A stretch of 64,000 nucleotides of DNA from an uncultured Pseudomonadales bacterium. Its GTDB lineage: Bacteria > Patescibacteriota > Microgenomatia > UBA1400 > CAYXSR01. The notes under the pieces are model-generated. The model saw only the letters and a program-made list of their open reading frames with translations. It made no database searches and had not been told where the DNA came from. Position numbers and translations under genes: made by a program. The stretch covers positions 318,987 through 382,986 of the forward strand of contig CAYSEI010000001.1 in the NCBI GenBank assembly GCA_964430265.1, written 5' to 3'. Below, in pieces: positions 1-9,003 of this stretch (within the stretch, counting starts at the first letter, position 1; each line of letters starts with the position of its first letter).

Positions 1-1096
1 AGTGTAATAAAATTGCTGTTAAAACTGGAATTAATAATTTTTTGTATTTCTTACTATAAAAACTTTTTTTAAGTGATGTTAAATAAAAACGAGAGTAAGA
101 GATCAAACCGGTTACACCTGTAGTTGCTAAAATAAATATTATTGAATTATCAATTCCTGCTCCCGAATGAGAATTGCGCCAATCTTGCTTTATAAAACCG
201 AACTCTTTTTTAACATAACGTAAAGCGTTAAAACCAATACCGAATAATGGTTGTTTTTCAGCAATTATTAATCCGTTCTGAATACTATTAATTCGGGACC
301 AGATAGTAGCTTGCCTGGCAAGCTTAACGCCTTCCGTGTCCGGAGGTTTTGGCAGGATAACTAAAGTAAGGATTGATAAAGTTAATAAAACAAAAATCAT
401 TTTGTAGTTTTTTTTAAGCAAGGCAAACAAAATAACTGCAGTAATATAAGCAACATAACCGCTTCTGGCATAAGTTAAAGCAAGAGCAGAATAAACAATT
501 GTAAAGAAAAAGTATAATAAATAATGGTTTTTTTCAAATAGGTTTAAAACAAGTAGAATTCCAAGAACATATATTATGGAAGTAAAGCCCGGGTCAAACC
601 AAGTACCTACTAGCCTTTTTAAATGTGGATCCCAGCCTAGTGCTTCCATGTAAGTAAAGTCTGGCCAGAAAAAATATTGGATTAAACCTAATACAGCGGA
701 AACAAAAATACTAAAAAAAAGATAATAAAGGAACTTCTTTTTTTTAATATCTCTAAAAACAAAATAAAGCAGACTGTAAAAAGATAAGCGTAGTAAGTAC
801 AAGGATGATACTAGAAGCTGAAATAATCCGTATTTATTGTAATTAACTAGTAAAGAAAAAAATGCTATGGCTAAAAAAGCAAAAAGTTGCTTTCCAAATA
901 AATCTTTTTTCAATATCTTTTTACAACCATTATTTAAAAACCAGACTACTCCAACTAGAAAAACCAGTATATCTTGCGGATAAATGACTAATTCGGGAAT
1001 AGAAGTATTAATACGGACTAGTTGTCCTAAGGGAAAAACAATAAACAAAAAATAAATCAAAAATTTTAGAATAGCTGTCAGATTATTTTTTTTCAT
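1..1096 (-). CDS. O-antigen ligase/Wzy-like polytopic membrane protein (runs off the window edge; not in the ORF track)
   Basis: Hand translation from ATG at 1096 (ATGA overlap with the upstream GT2 stop): MKKNNLTAILKFLIYFLFIVFPLGQ..., RLVGTWFDPGF, LTYARSGY, PLFGIGFN, HSGAGIDNS. These are typical Wzy_C/WaaL-family motifs among many TM segments. Confidence 0.75.
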   Translation of the reverse strand, partial: MKKNNLTAILKFLIYFLFIVFPLGQLVRINTSIPELVIYPQDILVFLVGVVWFLNNGCKKILKKDLFGKQLFAFLAIAFFSLLVNYNKYGLFQLLVSSLYLLRLSFYSLLYFVFRDIKKKKFLYYLFFSIFVSAVLGLIQYFFWPDFTYMEALGWDPHLKRLVGTWFDPGFTSIIYVLGILLVLNLFEKNHYLLYFFFTIVYSALALTYARSGYVAYITAVILFALLKKNYKMIFVLLTLSILTLVILPKPPDTEGVKLARQATIWSRINSIQNGLIIAEKQPLFGIGFNALRYVKKEFGFIKQDWRNSHSGAGIDNSIIFILATTGVTGLISYSRFYLTSLKKSFYSKKYKKLLIPVLTAILLH

Positions 1097-1827
1097 TTTA
1101 AATACAGTTTCGCTCTTACTAAAAATGAATGCAGACTCATAATCATGTTAAATACGAAACCTCTTATTCCGTCAAGAAATCCCAACTTAATAAAATAATT
1201 ATAGATAAATTTTCCGGTAGGGAATGCAATTATTTGTATAAGCTTGGGTTTAGTCTTTTTTTCAAGAAGTTCTTCAGACCTAATTTTTGAATAAATATTA
1301 ATTTTATTTAAAAACCCACTTATTGTAGAATGAGGATAATGAATTATTGGATTGTTTAATGTTTCTGTTTTGCCCCTGATTTTCCAGACTTCATGTACTT
1401 TATTCACCCATTTTCCTTTGTCTTTTTGAGCTAAACGCAACAATTTAATATTTTTCAATTCACCGTATTTAAGAAACATTCCTAAGAATTTGTCTTTTCT
1501 TTTAATATAGTAACCACTAACTGCATTTTCCTTATTTATACTTTCTTTGATTTCATTTTTTAATTCCTTACTTACCCTTTCATCAGCGTCAATAAATAGA
1601 ACCCAGGTATATTCTGCTTTTTTCAGGGCAAAATTTCTTTGACTGGAAAAATCTTTTAGTTGTTTTTTAATTACTTTTGCGTTTTGTTCTTTGCTAAAAG
1701 CAACTGTATTATCTTGGGAATTGTCATCAATAACCAAAATTTCGTCACACCAGGAAATGCTTTTTAAACATTGCTTTATATTGTTTTCTTCATTTTTTGT
1801 CAAAACAACAGCTGTAATTTTATTCAT
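1093..1827 (-). CDS. Glycosyltransferase family 2 (beta-1,4-glucosyltransferase-like)
   Basis: VVLTKNEE, DDNSQD, FSSQRNFAL, IDADE, VHE motifs. Confidence 0.9.
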   Translation of the reverse strand: MNKITAVVLTKNEENNIKQCLKSISWCDEILVIDDNSQDNTVAFSKEQNAKVIKKQLKDFSSQRNFALKKAEYTWVLFIDADERVSKELKNEIKESINKENAVSGYYIKRKDKFLGMFLKYGELKNIKLLRLAQKDKGKWVNKVHEVWKIRGKTETLNNPIIHYPHSTISGFLNKINIYSKIRSEELLEKKTKPKLIQIIAFPTGKFIYNYFIKLGFLDGIRGFVFNMIMSLHSFLVRAKLYLK

Positions 1828-2551
1828 TGGAAAGAATCTTAATTAACAATAAGAAATAATATAATAAAGCTATTGGATAGCAAAACCATTTTACATGCTT
1901 TTTAATCAAATACCAATTTCCCCTAAGTAAATTTTTCTTTTTAAACCTATTTCGTTTTTCATTTAAATCATGTTCAATAACTGATTGTGAAACTGATTTA
2001 ATTATAAATCCGTGTTTTTTTGCCCTTAAACAAAAATCAACATCTTCGTGGTACAAAAAAAAATTAGGATCAAACAATCCAATTTTTTTAATAACCGATT
2101 TTTTTATTAGCATGCAGCATCCGGAAACATAATCAACATTAAATGTTTCATTTGGCATTTTGTTTTCTTCAATATGATAAGGCCTCCCCAAACAAAAATT
2201 AAATTTTCCGCCGCAGTCATAAACCCAATGATTATTTCTCTTAAATTTTATTATCGGAGATGTAATCCCGATTTCAGTGTGTTTTTCAACCTCATTTATT
2301 AAATTTGTAAGAAAATCATTGTTTATCTTTGTGTCAGGATTTAAAAGAAGAAAATAATCACTTTTCTTTTCAAGTCCTTTTTTAATACCCAAGTTTACAG
2401 CTCTTGAAAATCCAATATTTTTGTCGGAATTATCATGAATATAATAGTTAACCATTAAATCTTTTGGCAAATTGACTTTTTCAAAGGATTCAACTAAGGC
2501 CTCAATCTGATCCTTTTGTTGGTAGTTAACTATGATTAAGGTGAGTTTCAT
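1820..2551 (-). CDS. Glycosyltransferase family 2 (rhamnosyltransferase-like); real start probably ATG 2551
   Basis: NIGFSRAVN, LLNPD, VSGCCMLI, FFLYHEDVD. The ORF-track extension to 2611 lies inside the tRNA. Confidence 0.85.
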   Translation of the reverse strand: MKLTLIIVNYQQKDQIEALVESFEKVNLPKDLMVNYYIHDNSDKNIGFSRAVNLGIKKGLEKKSDYFLLLNPDTKINNDFLTNLINEVEKHTEIGITSPIIKFKRNNHWVYDCGGKFNFCLGRPYHIEENKMPNETFNVDYVSGCCMLIKKSVIKKIGLFDPNFFLYHEDVDFCLRAKKHGFIIKSVSQSVIEHDLNEKRNRFKKKNLLRGNWYLIKKHVKWFCYPIALLYYFLLLIKILSNE

Positions 2552-2553
2552 TG

Positions 2554-2626
2554 TGGCCGCGTCTGGACTTGAACCAGAGACCTTTCGCATGTGAAGCGAG
2601 TGCTCTACCAACTGAGCTACGCGGCC
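2554..2626 (-). tRNA. tRNA-Val (anticodon CAC), CCA not encoded
   Basis: Reverse complement GGCCGCGTAGCTCAGTTGGTAGAGCACTCGCTTCACATGCGAAAGGTCTCTGGTTCAAGTCCAGACGCGGCCA: 7-bp acceptor stem, D-arm, TT-CAC-AT loop, GGTTCAA T-loop. Confidence 0.97.
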
Positions 2627-2662
2627 AAGGTCAATTTAAACACAATTCTATCAAAAGATTCC

Positions 2663-2691
2663 TTGCATAACAATCTGTGGAGGCATATAAT
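2663..2691 (+). promoter_or_regulatory. sigma70-type promoter for lepB
   Basis: TTGCAT-17 nt-TATAAT upstream of ATG 2716; back-to-back with a TGnTAGAAT element for the tRNA on the minus strand. Confidence 0.6.
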
Positions 2692-2715
2692 TAATATATT
2701 AATAAAAAGACAATC

Positions 2716-3270
2716 ATGAGTAAATTTCTAAAGTCTATCGGACTATTTTTTTTGGATTTTATTGAGGTTTTAGTGACCTCATTTGCAATTTTTGTTGTTG
2801 TTTACCTGATTTTTTTTCAACCTCATAAGGTACGTGGTGTGTCAATGATGCCAAACTTTCAGGATAATGAGCATTTATTAACTGATAAAATAACCTATAG
2901 GTTTCGGAAACCTAAGAGGGGTGAAATTGTAATTTTTCGCTCTCCTACCAATGAAGACTATGATTATATAAAAAGGATAATCGGGCTTCCCGGGGAAAAA
3001 ATAAGTTTAGAAAACAATGAGATTTACATAGATAACAAAAAATTAAATGAGCCTTACTTAGATAAAAAAACTGAAGGAGGACAATTCCTTCAAAATGGTG
3101 AAACAATTGCTATACCGGAGAATCAATATTTTATGATAGGTGACAACCGTGATAAATCAAGTGATTCCAGATCATGGGGGTTTGTTCCGAAGGAAAACAT
3201 TATAGGAAAAGCTTGGTTCAGATATTGGCCTCCGCAAAGAGTTGGCTTTGTAAAAAATGCTGAATATTAA
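2716..3270 (+). CDS. lepB: Signal peptidase I
   Basis: N-terminal TM, GVSMMPN (Ser), YIKRIIGLPGE (Lys), GDNRDKSSDSR. Confidence 0.95.
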   Translation: MSKFLKSIGLFFLDFIEVLVTSFAIFVVVYLIFFQPHKVRGVSMMPNFQDNEHLLTDKITYRFRKPKRGEIVIFRSPTNEDYDYIKRIIGLPGEKISLENNEIYIDNKKLNEPYLDKKTEGGQFLQNGETIAIPENQYFMIGDNRDKSSDSRSWGFVPKENIIGKAWFRYWPPQRVGFVKNAEY

Positions 3271-3275
3271 ATAGG

Positions 3276-4109
3276 TTAATTAATTTTCATTACCGAATCA
3301 CAAATCTTTTGAAATTGTTCTTCAGTCTCTTGTGGCGAACCTTTAAGAATAATATATACTTTACTTCTTCTTTGAGTACGGACAAGTTTTACTTTAGTTT
3401 TTTTTCCTAAAACAGATTTTAATTTATCTTCAATTTCCTTTGTTTCTTCAAGCATTATATGAGCTGTATTTCTTTTCTCGTCTTCCTTTTGTGTTTTAGA
3501 TTTGATGTGTCTGGCAATTTCTTCAGCTCTTCTAACGGAAGCGTTTTCTTTTAGTACCTGTTTGTATGCTTGAATCATCAATTTTTTATCATGAATGCCC
3601 AATAAGGCTCTAGCATGGCCTTCGGTTATTAGTTCTGATAACAAGCCGTCTTTTAAAGCAGCGGGTAAATTTAACAAGTTCATGGTATTGCTTACATAAG
3701 AGGTACTTTTGCTTACTCGTTCAGAAATGTCTGTTCTTGACAGCCCAAACTCATTTTCCAAACGATCAAAGGCTTTTGCTCTGTCAAGAGGATTAAGATC
3801 TTCTCGCTGAACATTCTCAACCAAAGCCATTTCCAACATGCCTTTTGGAGAGGTTTCTCTAACTATAACCGGTACTTTTTCCAGCCCGGCAAGTTTAGAT
3901 GCACGCCAGCGTCTTTCACCAGCTATAATTTGGTACCCTGCGGGTGTGTGAGCAACAATCAAAGGTTCCAATATACCGTGTTCTTTAAGAGAATCGACCA
4001 GTTCCATAAGTGAATCCGGGGTTATTGCTCCACGTGGTTGAAGAGGGTTCGGCTGCAATTTATCTATTGAAAGATTGATTACTTTTTCTTCTTTATTGTT
4101 ATCAGCCAT
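3276..4109 (-). CDS. parB: ParB/Spo0J chromosome partitioning protein
   Basis: PNPLQPR, IIAGERRWRA, ENVQREDLNP, HTH region, GHARALL. Confidence 0.95.
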   Translation of the reverse strand: MADNNKEEKVINLSIDKLQPNPLQPRGAITPDSLMELVDSLKEHGILEPLIVAHTPAGYQIIAGERRWRASKLAGLEKVPVIVRETSPKGMLEMALVENVQREDLNPLDRAKAFDRLENEFGLSRTDISERVSKSTSYVSNTMNLLNLPAALKDGLLSELITEGHARALLGIHDKKLMIQAYKQVLKENASVRRAEEIARHIKSKTQKEDEKRNTAHIMLEETKEIEDKLKSVLGKKTKVKLVRTQRRSKVYIILKGSPQETEEQFQKICDSVMKIN

Positions 4110-4113
4110 CTAA

Positions 4114-4359
4114 TTAATGGACGTAAACAACTTTTTTATTTCGGGCTTTTTTAAAAGCAACTGTTCCGTCTTTTTTTGCAAATAAAGTATGATCTCTGCC
4201 TACTCCTACTCCATCACCAGCATGGAATCGGGTTCCTCTCTGGCGGATAATAATCTGTCCTGTTTTAACCTTTTGACCACCAAAAAGTTTTATTCCTAAT
4301 CGTTTACCGGGTCTAGTTGTTTGTTGACTAACTTTTCCGGTTTGTTTAGTTTTTGCCAT
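4114..4359 (-). CDS. rpmA: 50S ribosomal protein L27
   Basis: [27 protein letters not shown]. Confidence 0.97.
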   Translation of the reverse strand: MAKTKQTGKVSQQTTRPGKRLGIKLFGGQKVKTGQIIIRQRGTRFHAGDGVGVGRDHTLFAKKDGTVAFKKARNKKVVYVH

Positions 4360-4690
4360 TTTTACTTGCCTTTTTATTTATCTTTTTTATATCAGTTATT
4401 TTTATTTTACTCATTGGTTGTCTGTGTCCCATTTTTCTGCGGTATCTTGATTTGGAACGGAATTTAACAACATCAATCTTTTTATCTTTAATTTGATCTT
4501 CCAGAGTTGCATGTACAACCCAATCTTTTAGAAAAGGCTTACCAATTTCTATTTTATCATCATCTTTGACCAATAAAACTTGATCAAATAGAATCTTTTT
4601 GCCTTTTCCTTCTGTTAGCTTCTCTACCAGGAAGACATCGTCTACAGCAACTTTGTACTGTTTTCCTCCTGTTTTTATAATTGCATACAT
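4346..4690 (-). CDS. rplU: 50S ribosomal protein L21
   Basis: [18 protein letters not shown]. Confidence 0.97.
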   Translation of the reverse strand: MYAIIKTGGKQYKVAVDDVFLVEKLTEGKGKKILFDQVLLVKDDDKIEIGKPFLKDWVVHATLEDQIKDKKIDVVKFRSKSRYRRKMGHRQPMSKIKITDIKKINKKASKNGKN

Positions 4691-4736
4691 AATATAATTC
4701 CTTAATCAGTAACGAAATATAATTTTATACCAAATG

Positions 4737-5810
4737 TCAGCTAATTTCAATTACTCTTCTTTTTTTAACCTCTAAAGAAATATTAGCAACAATACCCAGA
4801 CAAAAAAGCATGCTTACAACTGAGCTTCCGCCAGACGACATTAAAGGCAAAGTTACCCCTGTTATTGGTAAAAGTCCTAAATTCATACCGCTGTTAATTA
4901 GAATTTGTAATATAAAAAGAACAAAAACACCAATTGTTATTAAACTGCCAAACCTTGATTTTGCTTGCATGCTTGTTTTTAAAACTTTGAACAATAAAAA
5001 GAAATAACTAAGTAATAAAAGACTAGCACCAAAAAACCCCAGTTCCTCTGCCAAAGAAGCAAAGATAAAGTCGGTATGACGTTCGGGAAGAAAGCGCAGC
5101 TGACTTTGAGTCCCCTCTCCTAGGCCTTTACCCCAAAAACCTCCTGAACCTACCGCTGTCATTGATTGAATCAAGTGATAACCTGAACCAAGCGGATCCT
5201 GTTCAGGATTAAGAAACGCAGTAATTCGGTTCTTCTGATAGTCTTGAAGTAAATTCCAAAAAACTGGCAGGCTTATAACACTGATCAAAAATATACCTAT
5301 TATCCATTTAAAAGACAGACCTTTGGCAAACAATAAAGCAATACCAAGCACTGCTAAAACCAAGGCACTGCCTAAATCAGGCTGTCTTAAAACAAGAAAA
5401 ACTGGGATAAGCAAAAGCAATAAATAAATTAAAATTTGCAAGATTTTCCTGGTTTCTTTTTTAATCAAATAAGCAGAAAAAAACAAAATCAACAATGGTT
5501 TAACAAACTCGGAAGTTTGGATTTGTAAACCACCAATTTGCAACCAACGGCTTGAACCTCTAGTCACTCTGCCAAGTAATAAAGTTAAGACCAACATTAA
5601 AATAGAAATTATGTATAAAACCAAAGAAAAACGTTGGTAAACCTGATAATTTACAAAAAAGCCGGCCAAAAAGAAAACTAATCCAATAAAAACAAAAATT
5701 AGCTGAGAATGAAAATACTCCGGGGTAATACTAAATAAAGTCAAAAGACTTAAAGCAATAATCACAAAGATGGGAATTAGTAAAGAAAAACAAATTCTTT
5801 TTAAGATCAT
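4737..5810 (-). CDS. rodA: SEDS peptidoglycan polymerase RodA
   Basis: RWLQIGG, QPDLGSA, DPLGSGYH, FLPERHTDFIF, GVTLPLMSSGGSS. Confidence 0.9.
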   Translation of the reverse strand: MILKRICFSLLIPIFVIIALSLLTLFSITPEYFHSQLIFVFIGLVFFLAGFFVNYQVYQRFSLVLYIISILMLVLTLLLGRVTRGSSRWLQIGGLQIQTSEFVKPLLILFFSAYLIKKETRKILQILIYLLLLLIPVFLVLRQPDLGSALVLAVLGIALLFAKGLSFKWIIGIFLISVISLPVFWNLLQDYQKNRITAFLNPEQDPLGSGYHLIQSMTAVGSGGFWGKGLGEGTQSQLRFLPERHTDFIFASLAEELGFFGASLLLLSYFFLLFKVLKTSMQAKSRFGSLITIGVFVLFILQILINSGMNLGLLPITGVTLPLMSSGGSSVVSMLFCLGIVANISLEVKKRRVIEIS

Positions 5811-5824
5811 TTTCGCTTATTTAC

Positions 5825-8701
5825 TTAATTAATAGTCGCCAAAATCTTAACAGGTTCTCCTTTTTTCAGTTCTGATACCATAGTTTCTTGTTTTATTGTG
5901 TCTGTATATACCTCGGGCCATTCTGGCACTTGAACAACTATTTTCTCATCAAGTTTACATCCAGCTTTTTTTCGCGCCCTCTGAATTTGTCTTATAACCT
6001 CTCTTGCCTTTCCTTCGTTTTTCAATTCTGGAGTTAGTTTGGTATCCAAGATAACTTTTAATTCTTCACTTTTTTCCAATTCAATATTTTTAACGTTAAG
6101 CTCTTTTTTTATAAGATTTTTCAATTCATCGTTTAAAAACCCTCTATCCGGTAGAAACAAAGTGGCTTTTGTTAAAGGTTGTCTAACTTTCAACTGCTCT
6201 TTTTTGCGCTGTGAATGTCCTTCTTTAACTATTTTCTGTACTAAATCCATTCTGGTGATTAAATCATTATCCAGATATTCAGAATTGACTTCCGGATAAA
6301 AACTTAAGTGGACTGATTCCGGTTCATTTGCAAATTTAATATTCCTATAAATAGCTTCACTGGTAAAAGGAACAACCGGTGCAATAATTTTTATAAAGTT
6401 CTTTAAAACATAATAAAAAACAATAAAAGGCTCTTTTTCACCGGCAACAAATCTATTTCGTGATCGACGTATATACCAGGTAGACAATTGATTAATAAAA
6501 GGTTGGATTAAACGTACAGCATCAGGAATGCGGTAATTTCTTAAACTTTTTTCAAACTCTTGATGAAAATTGGTAAAATAAGCAAGCATCCAGCGGTCGA
6601 TTACGTTCAGTTCTGACAAATTCAAAGACTCAAGCGTCTTTATATCTTTAGGTTCAATATTATTTTTGTGCAAATATGTTAGGAAGTATCGGTAGGAATT
6701 CCAAAGTATTAGTAAAACTCGTCTAACTTCATCTTCCAATTCCTGACCTTTAGTCATTTGTGCTTTTTGTCCCAGCATGATCGGGCTTGATAAAAAGTAC
6801 AAACGCAAAGCATCTGCACCGTATTTTTTAATTGTTTTTTCCGGGTCCGGATAATTTCCATAAGATTTACTCATCTTACGGCCGTCAGTTCCCGTCATGA
6901 CACCCGTTACAACCACATTCTTAAAACAATGAGAATCCATTAAGGCATTTGAAATTACGTGCATCACATAAAACCATGCCCGGACCTGGCCAGTGTACTC
7001 GGTAATATAGTCAGCAGGAAAAGCATTTTCAAATTGTTCTTTGTTTTCAAAAGGATAATGTCTTTCTGCGTAAGGCATGGATCCTGATTCAATCCAGCAG
7101 TCTAGGACTTCTGGTATCCGAATCATATTACCTTGGCATTTTTCACATTCAAAAACAATTTCGTCAACACCGCTTCTGTGCAGGTCAGTCACTTTTTTAT
7201 CTGTATATTTTTCAATTTCTTCTATTGAACCCAAAACTTTTAATTCACCACATTTGTCACACTGCCAAATCGGCATTACTGTTGCCCAATAACGTGTGCG
7301 TGAAATACACCAGTCCGGCGCTTGTTCAACACCTTCCTTAAATCTACCCCGTTTAAAATGTTCAGGGACCCAGTTAATTTCTTTATTAGTTTCCAATAGC
7401 CTATCTTTTAAAGATTGGACATTAACAAACCAAGACTCCTGTGCTCTGTGTATTAAAGGAGTTTCACAACGGTAACAATAAGGATAACGGTGAGTAATAG
7501 TTTCTTTTTTAAATAATAAATTCCTTTGTTTAAGATTCTCAATTATTTGTGGATCCGCGTCTTTGACATATATGCCTGCCCAGTTTTTCACTTCAGAAAC
7601 AAAATTACCTTCTTTGTCAACTGCAAGCATAATAGTTAAATCCAAATCCCTGCCCATTTCTGTATCAATATCACCAAATCCGGGTGCGGAATGAACTATT
7701 CCGGTTCCCTCATCCATGTTTACCATATCTTCGTATTCATAAACTTTCAAATCATTTTTATTAGGAGGGAAAAAATCAAAGGGTGGCTGATATTCAAGAC
7801 CCAAAAATTCCTTACCCTGAATTTTATCCAAAACCTGATAATCAAGCCCGTCCAAAACATATTCGGCTCTTTCTTTTGCTAAAACATAACTTCCCTGTTT
7901 ATTCTCAATACTAACAACTAAATACAATTTTTCCGGAGCAATTACTAAAGCTCTATTTGAAGGCAGTGTCCAAGGTGTAGTTGTCCAAGCCAACATATAT
8001 ACAGGCTCTTCAGCAGCTAGATTTTTAGGCGGTTTTTTAAGTTTAAATTTAACAGTTATTGCAGGATCCTGCATTTCTACATAGGAGTTGTCCATAGCAA
8101 TCTCAAAATTAGAAATTGGTGTTCCGCAGCGTGTGCAATACAAAGATGTGCGAACACCTTTGTAAATCAGGTTCTTATCATAAAGTTGTTTAAAAACCCA
8201 TATTACCGATTCCATATAATCCAAATCCATTGTCCTGTAGGCATTTTCCATATCAACCCACCTGCCGATGTTATCGATATACCATTCCCATTCCCGGGAA
8301 ATATTCTCAACATAACTCCGACATTCATTAATAAACTTATCAATTCCGTATTCTTCAATATCCTGACGGTTTTTTAAGCCAAGCTTTTCTTCAACCTTGT
8401 TTTCTATAGGTAACCCATGACAGTCCCAGCCCCATACCCTACGTACACGTTTGCCTTTCATTGTGTAATATCTGGGGATCACATCTTTGGCAATGCTGCC
8501 GATTAAATGTCCGTAATGAGGATATCCTGTTACAAACGGAGGTCCGTCATAAAAAGTATAAGGTTCTTTTTCAGAGCGTTGCTCAATTGATTTTTCAAAT
8601 ACTTTATTCTTTTTCCAGAAATTCAAAACTTTCTGTTGTATATCATAAAAATCCGGTCTTGATTTTACTTTTGAGAACTGTTTTTCTTGTTTTTTAGTCA
8701 T
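5825..8701 (-). CDS. ileS: Isoleucine--tRNA ligase (type 2, archaeal/eukaryote-like)
   Basis: DGPPFVTGYPHYGH, GWDCHGLP, WTTTPWTLP, DWCISR, KMSKS; preceded by an AUC-specifier T-box. Confidence 0.95.
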   Translation of the reverse strand: MTKKQEKQFSKVKSRPDFYDIQQKVLNFWKKNKVFEKSIEQRSEKEPYTFYDGPPFVTGYPHYGHLIGSIAKDVIPRYYTMKGKRVRRVWGWDCHGLPIENKVEEKLGLKNRQDIEEYGIDKFINECRSYVENISREWEWYIDNIGRWVDMENAYRTMDLDYMESVIWVFKQLYDKNLIYKGVRTSLYCTRCGTPISNFEIAMDNSYVEMQDPAITVKFKLKKPPKNLAAEEPVYMLAWTTTPWTLPSNRALVIAPEKLYLVVSIENKQGSYVLAKERAEYVLDGLDYQVLDKIQGKEFLGLEYQPPFDFFPPNKNDLKVYEYEDMVNMDEGTGIVHSAPGFGDIDTEMGRDLDLTIMLAVDKEGNFVSEVKNWAGIYVKDADPQIIENLKQRNLLFKKETITHRYPYCYRCETPLIHRAQESWFVNVQSLKDRLLETNKEINWVPEHFKRGRFKEGVEQAPDWCISRTRYWATVMPIWQCDKCGELKVLGSIEEIEKYTDKKVTDLHRSGVDEIVFECEKCQGNMIRIPEVLDCWIESGSMPYAERHYPFENKEQFENAFPADYITEYTGQVRAWFYVMHVISNALMDSHCFKNVVVTGVMTGTDGRKMSKSYGNYPDPEKTIKKYGADALRLYFLSSPIMLGQKAQMTKGQELEDEVRRVLLILWNSYRYFLTYLHKNNIEPKDIKTLESLNLSELNVIDRWMLAYFTNFHQEFEKSLRNYRIPDAVRLIQPFINQLSTWYIRRSRNRFVAGEKEPFIVFYYVLKNFIKIIAPVVPFTSEAIYRNIKFANEPESVHLSFYPEVNSEYLDNDLITRMDLVQKIVKEGHSQRKKEQLKVRQPLTKATLFLPDRGFLNDELKNLIKKELNVKNIELEKSEELKVILDTKLTPELKNEGKAREVIRQIQRARKKAGCKLDEKIVVQVPEWPEVYTDTIKQETMVSELKKGEPVKILATIN

Positions 8702-8805
8702 TTTAAGAAAAAATATAAATTAATAAATGAATCATTAAATCAATAATTTCTAATAATAATTAATTGATTACTAAATTATTAGTATAACTAATTAATTAAT
8801 AGTAT

Positions 8806-8846
8806 AAAAAAACCGCGATTACTGCCAAGGGCGAGTATTTCGCGGT
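8806..8846 (-). terminator. Intrinsic terminator/attenuator of the T-box
   Basis: ACCGCGA-AA-TACT-C-GCC-CTT-GGC-AGTA-A-TCGCGGT followed by a T-run; mutually exclusive with the antiterminator. Confidence 0.8.
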
Positions 8847-8952
8847 ACCACCTTGATTTATACTTAATCCCAGCTTTTACGGGCTTACCCGGAGGGTTCT
8901 ACTTTCAAAAGATTTCTTCCCTCAGCTCCTCGATGATAATCGAATCAAAGCC
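8806..8952 (-). ncRNA. T-box riboswitch (Ile/AUC specifier, ultrashort Stem I)
   Basis: Stem I GGCTTTGATTCGA-TTATCA-TCGAGGAGCT (ATC at 8935-8937); Stem II GAGGG..GAA..AGTAGAA..CCCTC; Stem IIA CGGG-TAAG-CCCG; antiterminator CAAGG-TGGTACC-GCGA-AATAC-TCGC-CCTTG. Confidence 0.92.
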
Positions 8953-8965
8953 ATTACTTCATATA

Positions 8966-8994
8966 ATAATAGAATTTTGTAAGCAATTTGTCAA
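8966..8994 (-). promoter_or_regulatory. sigma70 promoter of the ileS leader
   Basis: TTGACA (8994-8989)-17 nt-TATTAT (8971-8966), just upstream of T-box Stem I. Confidence 0.8.
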
Positions 8995-9003
8995 CCTAAG
9001 ATA

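Noticed and set aside
2552-2611. N-terminal extension of GT2 in the ORF track
   Set aside because: It lies entirely within tRNA-Val; GT2 homology starts at ATG 2551.
2554-2626. tRNA as an integration site of a mobile element
   Set aside because: No integrase seen and no duplicated tRNA 3' end noticed within the window.
8702-8805. Very AT-rich stretch with TAAT repeats (also 52120-52209 and 53842-53938) as a possible origin or repeat array
   Set aside because: No DnaA boxes or regular repeat unit seen; consistent with ordinary AT-rich spacers.
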